A program made the translations under genes and the position numbers. The notes below the pieces were generated by a model, which was given only the letters and a program-made list of their open reading frames with translations, did no database searches and was not told the DNA's origin. Below, piece by piece: positions 44,951 through 52,511 of a stretch of 64,000 bases of DNA. This DNA is from a virus: positions 1 through 64,000 of the IMG/VR virus record IMGVR_UViG_3300028831_000097. One strand, given 5' to 3'. The stretch's first letter is position 1; each line of letters starts with the position of its first letter.

Positions 44951-45192
44951 TATCGTTGTGCTCCGTAATAGACTTTGGCCGCTTCCCATCCGGCATCGAA
45001 CGCACGTCGCTCGTCAGGACGTAACCGCCCTCGCAGCGATGAACGGTTTACCGAATCCTCTAAAGACAGCCCATAGTTGTCACCCGCTACCTGTTGGGCC
45101 AATTGCTCGCGTTCAGATAGGGTTAGAACCACGTTCAGCGGTTCGTTACTTGGACTGACTTCCTGCCAATGCGGCGAGTCTGTATTCGGCAT
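44950..45192 (-). CDS. Hypothetical protein
   Basis: 80-aa ORF. Confidence 0.5.
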   Translation of the reverse strand: MPNTDSPHWQEVSPSNEPLNVVLTLSEREQLAQQVAGDNYGLSLEDSVNRSSLRGRLRPDERRAFDAGWEAAKVYYGAQR

Positions 45193-45203
45193 ATCTTCCC
45201 CTT

Positions 45204-45545
45204 CTATGCTGCCTTCTTTTTAATGCTACTCCAGCCCCGATGTGGCTCTGTAAGCGCCCGCTCAACCGACCATCCATAACGAATTCGGTCCTTTAACATA
45301 GCTCGTGGCATTTTCAGCTCACGCGCCCACTGCGATATGGTTAGGGTCTTACCGTTCCAAGTCAGCCAATGGTTATTGCTTTTATTTGCGCCCTGCTGAT
45401 AGTCGTCTTCCCAGCGACAATTTTCGGGATAGTAACCCTTTGTTCCGTCCCGTCGTCCGATGCTGTACCGCCCCTCGGGTCGCTCGCCCATGTCGGCAAG
45501 AAAGCTCGTGAAGCCGTTGCGTCCGCGCCATTTACCACAAACCAA
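45204..45545 (-). pseudogene. N-terminally truncated third copy of the endonuclease-like family
   Basis: Retains FLADMGERP, GRRDGTKGYYPENCRW and the C-terminal wHTH-like part. Lacks the TP.YRAW/YGGRGI segment. An in-frame TGA lies 8 codons upstream of the only available (TTG) start, and there is no SD sequence. Confidence 0.45.
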
Positions 45546-45582
45546 GACCGCCCTGACTTTTAGTGTTCACCTCAACCCCTCG

Positions 45583-45627
45583 GGGAGAATTGGGCCAGCC
45601 CTGTTGCGAAACCAGCCCAATTCTCCC
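45583..45627. promoter_or_regulatory. 13-bp perfect inverted repeat GGGAGAATTGGGC / GCCCAATTCTCCC with a 19-nt spacer
   Basis: Read directly in the 100-bp gap upstream of the truncated endonuclease gene. No U-tract follows on either strand. Confidence 0.45.
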
Positions 45628-45646
45628 ACGCAGCCGCCCCCTCGGG

Positions 45647-45886
45647 CTAAGCCCTTTTGCGTTTATCCTCGCGCGCTTTTGCAGCCATGCGGGCAATTTC
45701 ACTCCGTCGTTTCTTACTGAGTTTCTTTGCCCGCATGGTGCCCCCCATCCGCCCCAATTCGGCGGCGGCATCCTCAACCAAAGCGTCCAAGCTGTCCGCG
45801 ATAGCGGTAATATCTTCCTGAAATTCCGGTGCCACTCCTTTTCGCAATCGCGCAATGGCCTGTTTCGCTTCTCGCTTCGTTGTCAT
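45647..45886 (-). CDS. Hypothetical protein with a basic C-terminal motif RAKKLSKKRRSEIARMAAKAR
   Basis: ATG at 45886; 79 aa. Confidence 0.5.
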   Translation of the reverse strand: MTTKREAKQAIARLRKGVAPEFQEDITAIADSLDALVEDAAAELGRMGGTMRAKKLSKKRRSEIARMAAKAREDKRKRA

Positions 45887-45917
45887 GGCGGTAAGATACG
45901 CGCTTGGCGGTAAGATG

Positions 45918-46397
45918 TCAAGCAGCAATTTGTTCAAATCGAAGTTTTTCTTTCTCGTAAAGCTTTTTGTAAATTGTGGCCGTGAGAGCGCGGTCTTTCT
46001 TTTGGGTTGTGTGGGCACGAATCATCAATCGATCATATTCAGGTTGACCAATTTGTTTCAGCTTCCACTCTCGATGAAGCTCAGGATTAGCGGTCAGGAA
46101 CGCATGGCATCCGTGGCAGTGGGCCACGCAGTTAACCGGATCGAATCTGGTTGATTCACGGGCACGGCCCCAGAAATGAGAACAGTGAAGCCCCTGACTG
46201 CCGACTTCAAATTCCTTTTTGCATCTCTCACAGGTCCAATTAGCCCGGTAACGAATATAGAGAGAAAAGTACTTATCAGCCAGATCGATCCTAACCCCGC
46301 GCATAAGCTTGCCCCTTCGGGGTTTTCGAGACGCAAGGGCAGCGGCGTAGGTCTTTTTAGCGAAGCCGGATCGTTTCATCGGCTTAGAATGTTTCAC
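45918..46397 (-). CDS. NinG/Rap-like recombination endonuclease
   Basis: Pattern ADKYFSLYIRYR..W.CERC...L.CSHFWGR...TR.D..N....C..CH matches the lambda NinG family. GTG start is preceded by GGGGTGAGGG. Confidence 0.6.
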   Translation of the reverse strand: MKHSKPMKRSGFAKKTYAAALASRKPRRGKLMRGVRIDLADKYFSLYIRYRANWTCERCKKEFEVGSQGLHCSHFWGRARESTRFDPVNCVAHCHGCHAFLTANPELHREWKLKQIGQPEYDRLMIRAHTTQKKDRALTATIYKKLYEKEKLRFEQIAA

Positions 46398-46596
46398 GTG
46401 AAACCCTCACCCCTCGGGATACATTCGGAATGCGAGTGATCAGTCCGTCACCTTCAAGCTTAGTTAAGATTTCATGGACAGTGGCGGAAGATCTTAAATT
46501 AAACTGTCGGCCAATTTCTGCCAGCGTGGGGGTTTCATGGTTAGATTGATAGTAACGGCGGATAAAATTCAAAACTCTCTGTGGTTCAACTTTCAT
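46384..46596 (-). CDS. LexA N-terminal (winged-HTH) DNA-binding-domain-only protein
   Basis: PQRVLNFIRRYYQSNHETPTLAEIGRQFNLRSSATVHEILTKLEGDGLITRIPNVSRGVRV aligns with the LexA DNA-binding domain. At 70 aa it has no S24 peptidase domain. Confidence 0.65.
   Translation of the reverse strand: MKVEPQRVLNFIRRYYQSNHETPTLAEIGRQFNLRSSATVHEILTKLEGDGLITRIPNVSRGVRVSRETF
46391..46404. promoter_or_regulatory. Second perfect copy of the palindrome GTTTCACGTGAAAC
   Basis: Spans the last codons of the LexA-DBD-like gene and the GTG start of the NinG-like gene. Confidence 0.45.
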
Positions 46597-46808
46597 TTTC
46601 CGTCTCCAGTTCTCAATGGCGGTCGTTCGTAATTCGTGTCGCCCCGGTAAACAACTCGATCATCAAGTGGTGTGTAGAATGTGGCCTTCGTGAATTTCAC
46701 CTCCACGTATCCATCTTCTGCTAATCCTTCCGAGATGAATTCCCCCACGTCTTCACGACGACGCGCGATGAATGATTCGACTCGCTCACGAGGGGTTTCT
46801 TTCTTCAT
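46593..46808 (-). CDS. Hypothetical protein
   Basis: ATGA-type overlap; 71 aa. Confidence 0.5.
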   Translation of the reverse strand: MKKETPRERVESFIARRREDVGEFISEGLAEDGYVEVKFTKATFYTPLDDRVVYRGDTNYERPPLRTGDGK

Positions 46809-46814
46809 GGTTTC

Positions 46815-47279
46815 TTAATGTGTGCAAACCGCACCGTAAGAGTAGTCCCGGCCCAGAATCAAATCATGCTTGACGACAGGCTTTGTTCCCGTTCCGTTGC
46901 AATGAGGACAGACATCTTTAGTCCCTAGCTCATAACTACCCGATGGCCGTAAATAACGTTGCGCGTCTTTCATTTGCTGCCAAGCGCCACAAACCTCAGA
47001 TACGTCCATCTGGAAACTTGAATTGCGATTTCTCCGGGCACGAACGAACGCCTCCGCGAGTTTGTATTCCGGCACTGCGTCCTGCAAGGTTTCCGTCCAC
47101 GCGGCCACCATCAGTTTGAATTCATTCTCACTGGGGCGGGATGGGTTTCCCGCGAACATCTTCATCAGTTGTTCCGCTACTGCGGCCCCGTAGCTCGGTG
47201 ATAACCGATTCATATCCCCGGAAATCGGCATCCCGTCGCTCAGCATTAGTTTGATAGCCCCCGGATTTATGCGTTCCAT
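46815..47279 (-). CDS. Hypothetical protein with a C-terminal CxxCxGxG zinc finger (at the position a replication accessory gene would occupy)
   Basis: ATG at 47279 with AAAGGGAA upstream. Overlaps the 3' end of the upstream ORF by 152 nt. Confidence 0.45.
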   Translation of the reverse strand: MERINPGAIKLMLSDGMPISGDMNRLSPSYGAAVAEQLMKMFAGNPSRPSENEFKLMVAAWTETLQDAVPEYKLAEAFVRARRNRNSSFQMDVSEVCGAWQQMKDAQRYLRPSGSYELGTKDVCPHCNGTGTKPVVKHDLILGRDYSYGAVCTH

Positions 47280-48006
47280 TGGTTCCCTTTCGTGATTCTA
47301 GTTCCCGCAGTCGATTGCGAAACGTGGCGTTCCAGTCCAACTTACGCCCTCGCGCTCCCGCAATCCCGGCCCAGTAATCTCGGAATTCATCCAAAGCGGC
47401 GACAAGATCAACCCTCGGAGCATTCTTGCTGGCCCACGCTTCCATCTCCGGCGACAAAGCAAAGTTCTCAGGAAGGCGCGTTGCCTGTCGCCCAGCGGAG
47501 CGCTCAGCGCGAAGCGGTTGCTCGGACCGGGTGTCGTGATCGTTATCGTATTGGTTATCGTTATCGTTATCGTTATCGGAGGCTTGGGATGCACTGGATA
47601 CATCTGGATTCACCCGGATACACCCGGATTCACCCAATCGCGGTAAGGGGTGTCTTTGCAGTCGTTTACCGTTCTTGCCTGCTGGCTGCATGTCCTCGAA
47701 CCCAAAAACGTGTAAAAATTTCTCAGTACCAACGACGTAAAACAGAATTAGCTTCTGACGCTCCATTTCCAGAAGCCATTTATTGACCTGATCGGGTTTG
47801 AGTCTTTGGCGGTGGCCGACTGTGAGGTTGTAGCAGATGGTTGGATCTGCCTGCATGTTACCAAAGTCGTCTACGGTGGCAAGGATGCGCCAGAACCAGC
47901 ATTCTGCTTCCATGCTGAGCTTGTTAATTCTTTGCCCGTAAATAAACCCGCTATAGATGCGACGGTAAATGCCGCGCGTGAGATCGGTAGTATTGGATGT
48001 ACTCAA
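47128..48006 (-). CDS. Replication initiator / replisome-organizer-like protein
   Basis: The C-terminal pattern LPENFALSPEMEAWASKN...FRDYW......DWNATFRNRLRE is typical of phage replication-organizer (DnaD/DnaT-like) proteins. The central linker is encoded by repeat DNA. TTG start. Confidence 0.5.
   Translation of the reverse strand: MSTSNTTDLTRGIYRRIYSGFIYGQRINKLSMEAECWFWRILATVDDFGNMQADPTICYNLTVGHRQRLKPDQVNKWLLEMERQKLILFYVVGTEKFLHVFGFEDMQPAGKNGKRLQRHPLPRLGESGCIRVNPDVSSASQASDNDNDNDNQYDNDHDTRSEQPLRAERSAGRQATRLPENFALSPEMEAWASKNAPRVDLVAALDEFRDYWAGIAGARGRKLDWNATFRNRLRELESRKGTNGTHKSGGYQTNAERRDADFRGYESVITELRGRSSGTTDEDVRGKPIPPQ
47538..47579. repeat. Hexanucleotide repeat (GTTATC)n, encoding the DNDNDN linker
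   Basis: Four perfect tandem GTTATC copies at 47554-47577, plus one copy at 47542-47547. Confidence 0.85.
47587..47635. repeat. Five tandem 9-10 bp GGAT-initiated repeats (iteron-like); putative replication origin
   Basis: GGATGCACT GGATACATCT GGATTCACCC GGATACACCC GGATTCACCC, in phase with the helical repeat, inside the linker region of the initiator gene. Confidence 0.45.
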
Positions 48007-48178
48007 ATGGAAAACGGCCTTTCACCGCCGCGCTCGCGTTTGTGGCCCGCCGTCCTACCCCTTACCGTAGATAGAAAGTCGTTGCGAAAACGCGGCTGTG
48101 AAAAGCCGTCCGGTAAGATGGTACGCTGGAGCCACTCAGCGCGTCAAACCTTATATTGTCAAAAAGCAATTGCGTTTT

Positions 48179-48235
48179 TATCACGCCTGACCAAAGATCG
48201 CAATAAATTTTGTACGTTATCGATCAGGCGTGATA
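48179..48235. promoter_or_regulatory. 12-bp perfect inverted repeat TATCACGCCTGA / TCAGGCGTGATA with a 33-nt spacer
   Basis: Lies in the 239-bp gap between the SSB-like gene and the replication gene. The inner GATCG/CGATC also pairs. Confidence 0.4.
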
Positions 48236-48245
48236 TTCCAACCTG

Positions 48246-48854
48246 TCAAAAAGGAATGTCGTCATCACTGAAGTCGGACGCAGGACTGGTTTCCATTACG
48301 TTGTTACCGTTCTGAAGATAGCCCCACTCCTCGGACTTCTTGATGATCCCTTTTATCCCGTCTGGTATCTCATTGAATTTTTCTTCGTCGAATTCATCCA
48401 GCCAGAACGAAAAGCTTTCATTGATCTGATCGGAACAGGTGGTATTTTTCGGCAGGCCGCTTACTGAAGCCACTTTAGTCTTTCCATTATCAGCGGCAAC
48501 GATTGTCAGCATGCAGGGCTTGCCGAGAATGTTTTCCAGATCGAATCTGCGCAGCTCGTCTTCAGTGAACATTCGCCCGCGCCACGACTCTAGGTCTTTG
48601 CGCAAATTGGCTTTCTCCCCCAGCGAGTTCGTGTAGAAGCGGCTCGTGGTGATAGGGATGTCTTCTCCGTCAACTTCGATCATTTCATCTGGCAGTTCCC
48701 ATGTAACCAGTATTTGATTACGTCTCGTGGGCTGACCTTTGTACTCGCCATGTTGTGTGCCGAGATCGGTGATTCTGATACATCGGGCAATGTGTGTTCC
48801 GGTTGGCGCGGGAGTGAAACTTCCCCCGCCTGAGTCTGTAGCGTATCTTCCCAT
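48246..48854 (-). CDS. Phage ssDNA-binding protein (DUF669-like) with an SSB-type acidic tail
   Basis: The C-terminus ...SDFSDDDIPF is identical to the E. coli SSB tip DDDIPF. The N-terminal pattern G.F.P.P.G.H.A..I.I.DLGTQ....G......I.WEL is as in DUF669 phage proteins. Confidence 0.65.
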   Translation of the reverse strand: MGRYATDSGGGSFTPAPTGTHIARCIRITDLGTQHGEYKGQPTRRNQILVTWELPDEMIEVDGEDIPITTSRFYTNSLGEKANLRKDLESWRGRMFTEDELRRFDLENILGKPCMLTIVAADNGKTKVASVSGLPKNTTCSDQINESFSFWLDEFDEEKFNEIPDGIKGIIKKSEEWGYLQNGNNVMETSPASDFSDDDIPF

Positions 48855-48877
48855 GTTTACTTATTCTCCTTCTTCTT

Positions 48878-49255
48878 CTAAGGTTTGTGTCTTTGGTTTA
48901 TTTGCCACTCGTCACGTAGGTTAGCTCCGAGTGACTGCGCAGCGTCGAGCTGCTTTCTGGTTGTTTCCAGAACTGTTCTCAGGTACTTGTAGCGAACATC
49001 TCCCTTGAGCATTCGCTTGTAAGCCTCACGGCACTCAGAATCCGCTTTCGCCTTCTTTTCCTGAACCGTACCTATTGCTTTCAAGACCTCACGGGCATAA
49101 GAATCTTCGTAGTCAACCTTACTGTCGATGTATTCATCGCCGGCTTTGTAGATTTCAGTAACGACTTCATTTGCACGTTTAATGAGTCGCCAAATTTCAG
49201 CGTTGACCTCTCCCGGTGTTACGGGTGATTGTTGGTTTCTAATCGGATGGCTCAC
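48878..49255 (-). CDS. Hypothetical helical protein (recombination module)
   Basis: 125-aa ORF between the nuclease and SSB genes. Confidence 0.5.
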   Translation of the reverse strand: MSHPIRNQQSPVTPGEVNAEIWRLIKRANEVVTEIYKAGDEYIDSKVDYEDSYAREVLKAIGTVQEKKAKADSECREAYKRMLKGDVRYKYLRTVLETTRKQLDAAQSLGANLRDEWQINQRHKP

Positions 49256-50039
49256 GTTTGATTTCCACCTCTCCCCATCCGACGTTTACACACGCGGATA
49301 GATAGCTACAGTAACCACAGGGAAACTTTACCTTCAGAGGGTTCTGAATAATGTCCCCACGGTATTCCCGGTCAGGATACTTGCCCTGTCTTACCAACGC
49401 AACGATGTTTCGTAGACGGGCAATCTCAACTTCAGCCTCGTCTTTGAAATCATTTGCGATAAAACGCCATTCATGCAGAATCGGCTCGTCTTTGGCGGCG
49501 GTTTTGCGAGCGTAAACAATGGCGATGTACTTAGCTTCCAGCATCCGGGCATAAATAAGATTTTGCAGTAGATGCTCTCGCTTTGGGCCTTCAGCCTGAC
49601 GATCTTTTTTGCGCCAGCGTCCATTACTCTTTAGCTCGGCCCCAGTGGCCAGTTCAAAAGCAAAATCGGACACGGATTTGATTTCGCAGACCACTTTCTC
49701 TCCATCGTCAGCACCGTATAAAACATCTGCATGGCCGGAGAGAAAATCGTCAAGCGAGCAGGTTACTTCTGTGGTAGCATCGGGCAATCTACCAACGATT
49801 GCTCTTTGAACAATGTCATGGATTGAATCACCGATATAAAAATTAACAAGGCTATCGGCTGCCGGCGGATTACTGGCCGGAACAGCGGCGACGCGAAAAG
49901 CTATAGCGCGTGCGCACCCTCCGGCAGAGCTGGCGCTGGCGTGCATCACGTTCGGCAGTGGATCGCGACGAGCTTCTCGGGCATCACGTTCGGCAAGTAG
50001 AAAGTCATGTAGAATTTCTTCGACTCGTGGCAATGTCAT
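49239..50039 (-). CDS. PD-(D/E)XK nuclease, Cas4/RecB-like, with a 4-Cys cluster
   Basis: Motifs GHADVL...CEIKS (D...ExK), QNLIY (QxxxY), an N-terminal Cys (GGCARA) and C-terminal CGYCSYLSAC (CxxCx5C). Confidence 0.7.
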   Translation of the reverse strand: MTLPRVEEILHDFLLAERDAREARRDPLPNVMHASASSAGGCARAIAFRVAAVPASNPPAADSLVNFYIGDSIHDIVQRAIVGRLPDATTEVTCSLDDFLSGHADVLYGADDGEKVVCEIKSVSDFAFELATGAELKSNGRWRKKDRQAEGPKREHLLQNLIYARMLEAKYIAIVYARKTAAKDEPILHEWRFIANDFKDEAEVEIARLRNIVALVRQGKYPDREYRGDIIQNPLKVKFPCGYCSYLSACVNVGWGEVEIKREPSD

Positions 50040-50140
50040 TCCTGATCCTCCGCGTCGGCTTCCAATTCTTCCTCTGAAGGCCAGCGTTCTACTTCTTCGT
50101 CATAACGTGGTTCGAATTCCCGATTGAAATGGTCAAGCAT
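50036..50140 (-). CDS. Hypothetical 34-aa acidic peptide
   Basis: ATGA overlap with the nuclease start. Own translation begins MLDHFNREFEPRYDEEVERWPSEEELEADAEDQE. No clear SD sequence. Confidence 0.25.
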   Translation of the reverse strand: MLDHFNREFEPRYDEEVERWPSEEELEADAEDQE

Positions 50141-50154
50141 TCTTTTTGATAGAC

Positions 50155-51210
50155 TCACTTCCCCTCTCCCTTTAGTTGTTCAAGAGCGGCAACACAGTCA
50201 CCCTTGACGAGCCATGCTGTTTTGTAAGTCTGGTCCGCATTCGTGACCGGCACGTCAGATATTGCGTCAACGCACTCTCCAATAGCATCAGCACGGGCAC
50301 CTTGCGCTTCCTGTTGCAGTATCTTCGCGTGTTCCGTAGCCGCTGCGAGTCTTGCGTCAAGGTATGCCCAACTGTTCTGGACCTTTTGTAGGGCATAGCC
50401 GGTTTCGTTCAGATCGGCTTTGAGACGCTCTACCTCACCTTTAAGGCGCGAGACTTCGGCGTCGGCTTCGTCATCGCGATTCTCAAGCATGTCTGCGAGC
50501 GCAATTTTGTCCTTGCAAACACTTCGACAGAGTTTTTCGATGCGCGCATATTCCGCAAAGGACACATACCGTTCGCCGGAAACCGTCAAGATGTCCGGCT
50601 GTCCGATCTTCGTCTTCGGTGCGACCTCAACTTCTGGTTGCTGTGCTGGTAAGTGCTTGGAGATGATGGCGGCGACTTTCTCAGAGTCGTTCTGGTCGGT
50701 GCCGCAGTAGTCGCAGATTTCCATCGCAGCCGCGTTCACTGCTTCTATTGCTGTAGTGGTTGGGGTAGTAGTGCTCGGCTCTCTGCCGTGGCTGCAATTA
50801 GGTTCGTGCGCGGTCTTGCCGCCACAGAACATGCACCGATCTTCAGTCAGCCAATTAACCGGATCGGCTTCTGGTTGCGCTACTGGAGTAACAGGAGCGT
50901 CAGGCTTCACTGTCGCATCCAGCACGGCTTCAGCCTGAACGTAAGACTCGTCGCAAAGTTGGCACACGATGAGATCGAATACATGTTCGCCCTCATGCTT
51001 ACCGCGATTGCGGATGAAGGTTTTGATTGCCTCTTCGAACCATAAGCGTTCGCGCAACACTTGATCAATAAATCCGTTGACTACTTCTTTACCGCTCGTG
51101 CCGTGCTCACGCAAGACCGCCTCAGCTTCCTCGTCGGTGGGTAGATCGCATTGCGAACATGGTCTGGTTTGCCCGTGTGGGCAGACGTACAGGTCAGCCA
51201 TTGTTATCAT
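50155..51210 (-). CDS. Hypothetical multi-zinc-ribbon / coiled-coil protein
   Basis: ATGA overlap. Cys pairs CPHG..CSQC, CQLC, CMFCGG..C.H and CDYCG. Long C-terminal coiled coil. Confidence 0.55.
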   Translation of the reverse strand: MITMADLYVCPHGQTRPCSQCDLPTDEEAEAVLREHGTSGKEVVNGFIDQVLRERLWFEEAIKTFIRNRGKHEGEHVFDLIVCQLCDESYVQAEAVLDATVKPDAPVTPVAQPEADPVNWLTEDRCMFCGGKTAHEPNCSHGREPSTTTPTTTAIEAVNAAAMEICDYCGTDQNDSEKVAAIISKHLPAQQPEVEVAPKTKIGQPDILTVSGERYVSFAEYARIEKLCRSVCKDKIALADMLENRDDEADAEVSRLKGEVERLKADLNETGYALQKVQNSWAYLDARLAAATEHAKILQQEAQGARADAIGECVDAISDVPVTNADQTYKTAWLVKGDCVAALEQLKGEGK

Positions 51211-51779
51211 CCTTTCTCCCCCGCCTGTTCAGTTGATGCAGGGAATATACACTTGATTTCGTCTCGGTATCTTTGTGCCGCTTCGACCAAAAACCAGCGT
51301 TGCTCCCACCCGTTGCAATCGCATTCATGCGAGACGTGAAGATGCTGTGCCCACTCAACCAATAAGCGCAAAGTCTCTGAAAGCGGGAACGCCGTATCGA
51401 CGCCCAGCTCCCCGCACCGTGCGCTCGTCTCGGTTGGGGCGGTGGCAATTTGGTCGCGCGCACTTTGAACTAATTCTTTCCGCGTGGTCCATGCATTCAG
51501 TCTGTTGACGATCTCCAGTTCGCGCTTGTCTCCGATGCTGAATGTCAGCCAGTCACCGTGGACGGCGATCAGTTCTACGTGGGCCGGCATTTCTTCGTCG
51601 GGCTTGTGCCAGATCTCGTTCTTTGCTCCACCGTCTTTAAGCTGGGAGAGAAGGTAGTCGATAGAGTTAAGCATCTTGCGAATCTCAGAACGCTGCACAA
51701 TCTTATAACTGTCGTGCGAATCGAATAACGCCGAGTGCGCCGCTTGCTGCTTTACAATCTCATCAATCCTGCTACTCAT
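51207..51779 (-). CDS. Hypothetical protein
   Basis: ATG at 51779 with GAAAGG upstream; 190 aa. Confidence 0.5.
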   Translation of the reverse strand: MSSRIDEIVKQQAAHSALFDSHDSYKIVQRSEIRKMLNSIDYLLSQLKDGGAKNEIWHKPDEEMPAHVELIAVHGDWLTFSIGDKRELEIVNRLNAWTTRKELVQSARDQIATAPTETSARCGELGVDTAFPLSETLRLLVEWAQHLHVSHECDCNGWEQRWFLVEAAQRYRDEIKCIFPASTEQAGEKG

Positions 51780-51792
51780 GCTGTTGTGCCTT

Positions 51793-51948
51793 TCACTTCG
51801 CTTTCTTCGCGAGTCGCTCAAGATAGTAGAGTCTCTTGAAGGCCTCGTTGGACTTGCCAGCTGCTTTGACTTCCAGTAACGCATTTTCAACCGCGTCAAC
51901 AGCGGCCCGGATCTTTCGCAGTCGCTCCGCTCGTTTCGTATCGCTCAC
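51793..51948 (-). CDS. Hypothetical 51-aa coiled-coil protein (below the ORF-track cutoff)
   Basis: GTGA overlap with the upstream stop. Own translation is VSDTKRAERLRKIRAAVDAVENALLEVKAAGKSNEAFKRLYYLERLAKKAK. Confidence 0.45.
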   Translation of the reverse strand: MSDTKRAERLRKIRAAVDAVENALLEVKAAGKSNEAFKRLYYLERLAKKAK

Positions 51949-52160
51949 GATCCTTCACCGCCTTTCACTTCGCGCTCGTACTTGCGGATAAAACTTCTCA
52001 GCTTCTTAGCTGCGCTTTCGGTATGTTTCAGCGAGCCGCGCGCAATCGCCAGAACGCGCTCAAGCGGAAGTTCGTCAAGCGCATCCGATATGTGGGCGAA
52101 TCCAAGATCCTGTTCCACGAGCCTGAACAATTCACCGCCCGGCGTCTTTTCCTTGCTCAC
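51945..52160 (-). CDS. Hypothetical protein
   Basis: GTG at 52160 preceded by GGAAGGAGAGAGG. Confidence 0.45.
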   Translation of the reverse strand: MSKEKTPGGELFRLVEQDLGFAHISDALDELPLERVLAIARGSLKHTESAAKKLRSFIRKYEREVKGGEGS

Positions 52161-52235
52161 GTCCTCTCTCCTTCCCTCTGACCACGGGACTTGGCCCAAC
52201 GACGACGCGCGATCTTGCTATCTCTCTCGTCGTGT

Positions 52236-52511
52236 TCATGGTTTCATCCGCTCCATTAAGTTTCTGGCGAGTTGGCACTCGTCATCGTGGTCATCAATTG
52301 CTCGCATTTGCGTATACCCACCACCGCGCTCTGGGCACCAGCAAGGCGATCCGTCCACCTCGAAAGGCGCTACCGTCGCGAGCACTTCCCGCACTTCCTG
52401 AAGCTCGGCATCCAACTGCCGCGCGATCCCCGCGATCTCCGTGTCACTGAACCGATAACCCTGAAATCTGAAAGCTTTCTCGGCGGCGACCTTACTGAAC
52501 TTACTCGCCAT
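52236..52511 (-). CDS. Hypothetical protein
   Basis: ATG at 52511; overlaps the upstream stop by 11 nt. Confidence 0.45.
   Translation of the reverse strand: MASKFSKVAAEKAFRFQGYRFSDTEIAGIARQLDAELQEVREVLATVAPFEVDGSPCWCPERGGGYTQMRAIDDHDDECQLARNLMERMKP

Noticed and set aside
45532-45855. The 107-aa minus-strand ORF spanning the inverted-repeat gap
   Set aside because: Its translation is Arg/Gly/Trp-rich and non-protein-like. It overlaps the better-supported 45647..45886 gene in another frame and reads through the 13-bp inverted repeat.
47538-47635. Could the short tandem repeats be a CRISPR array?
   Set aside because: The units are 6 and 9-10 bp, head-to-tail with no spacers, and lie in frame inside a coding region. 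No cas genes accompany them apart from a stand-alone Cas4-like nuclease, which is typical of phage recombination modules.
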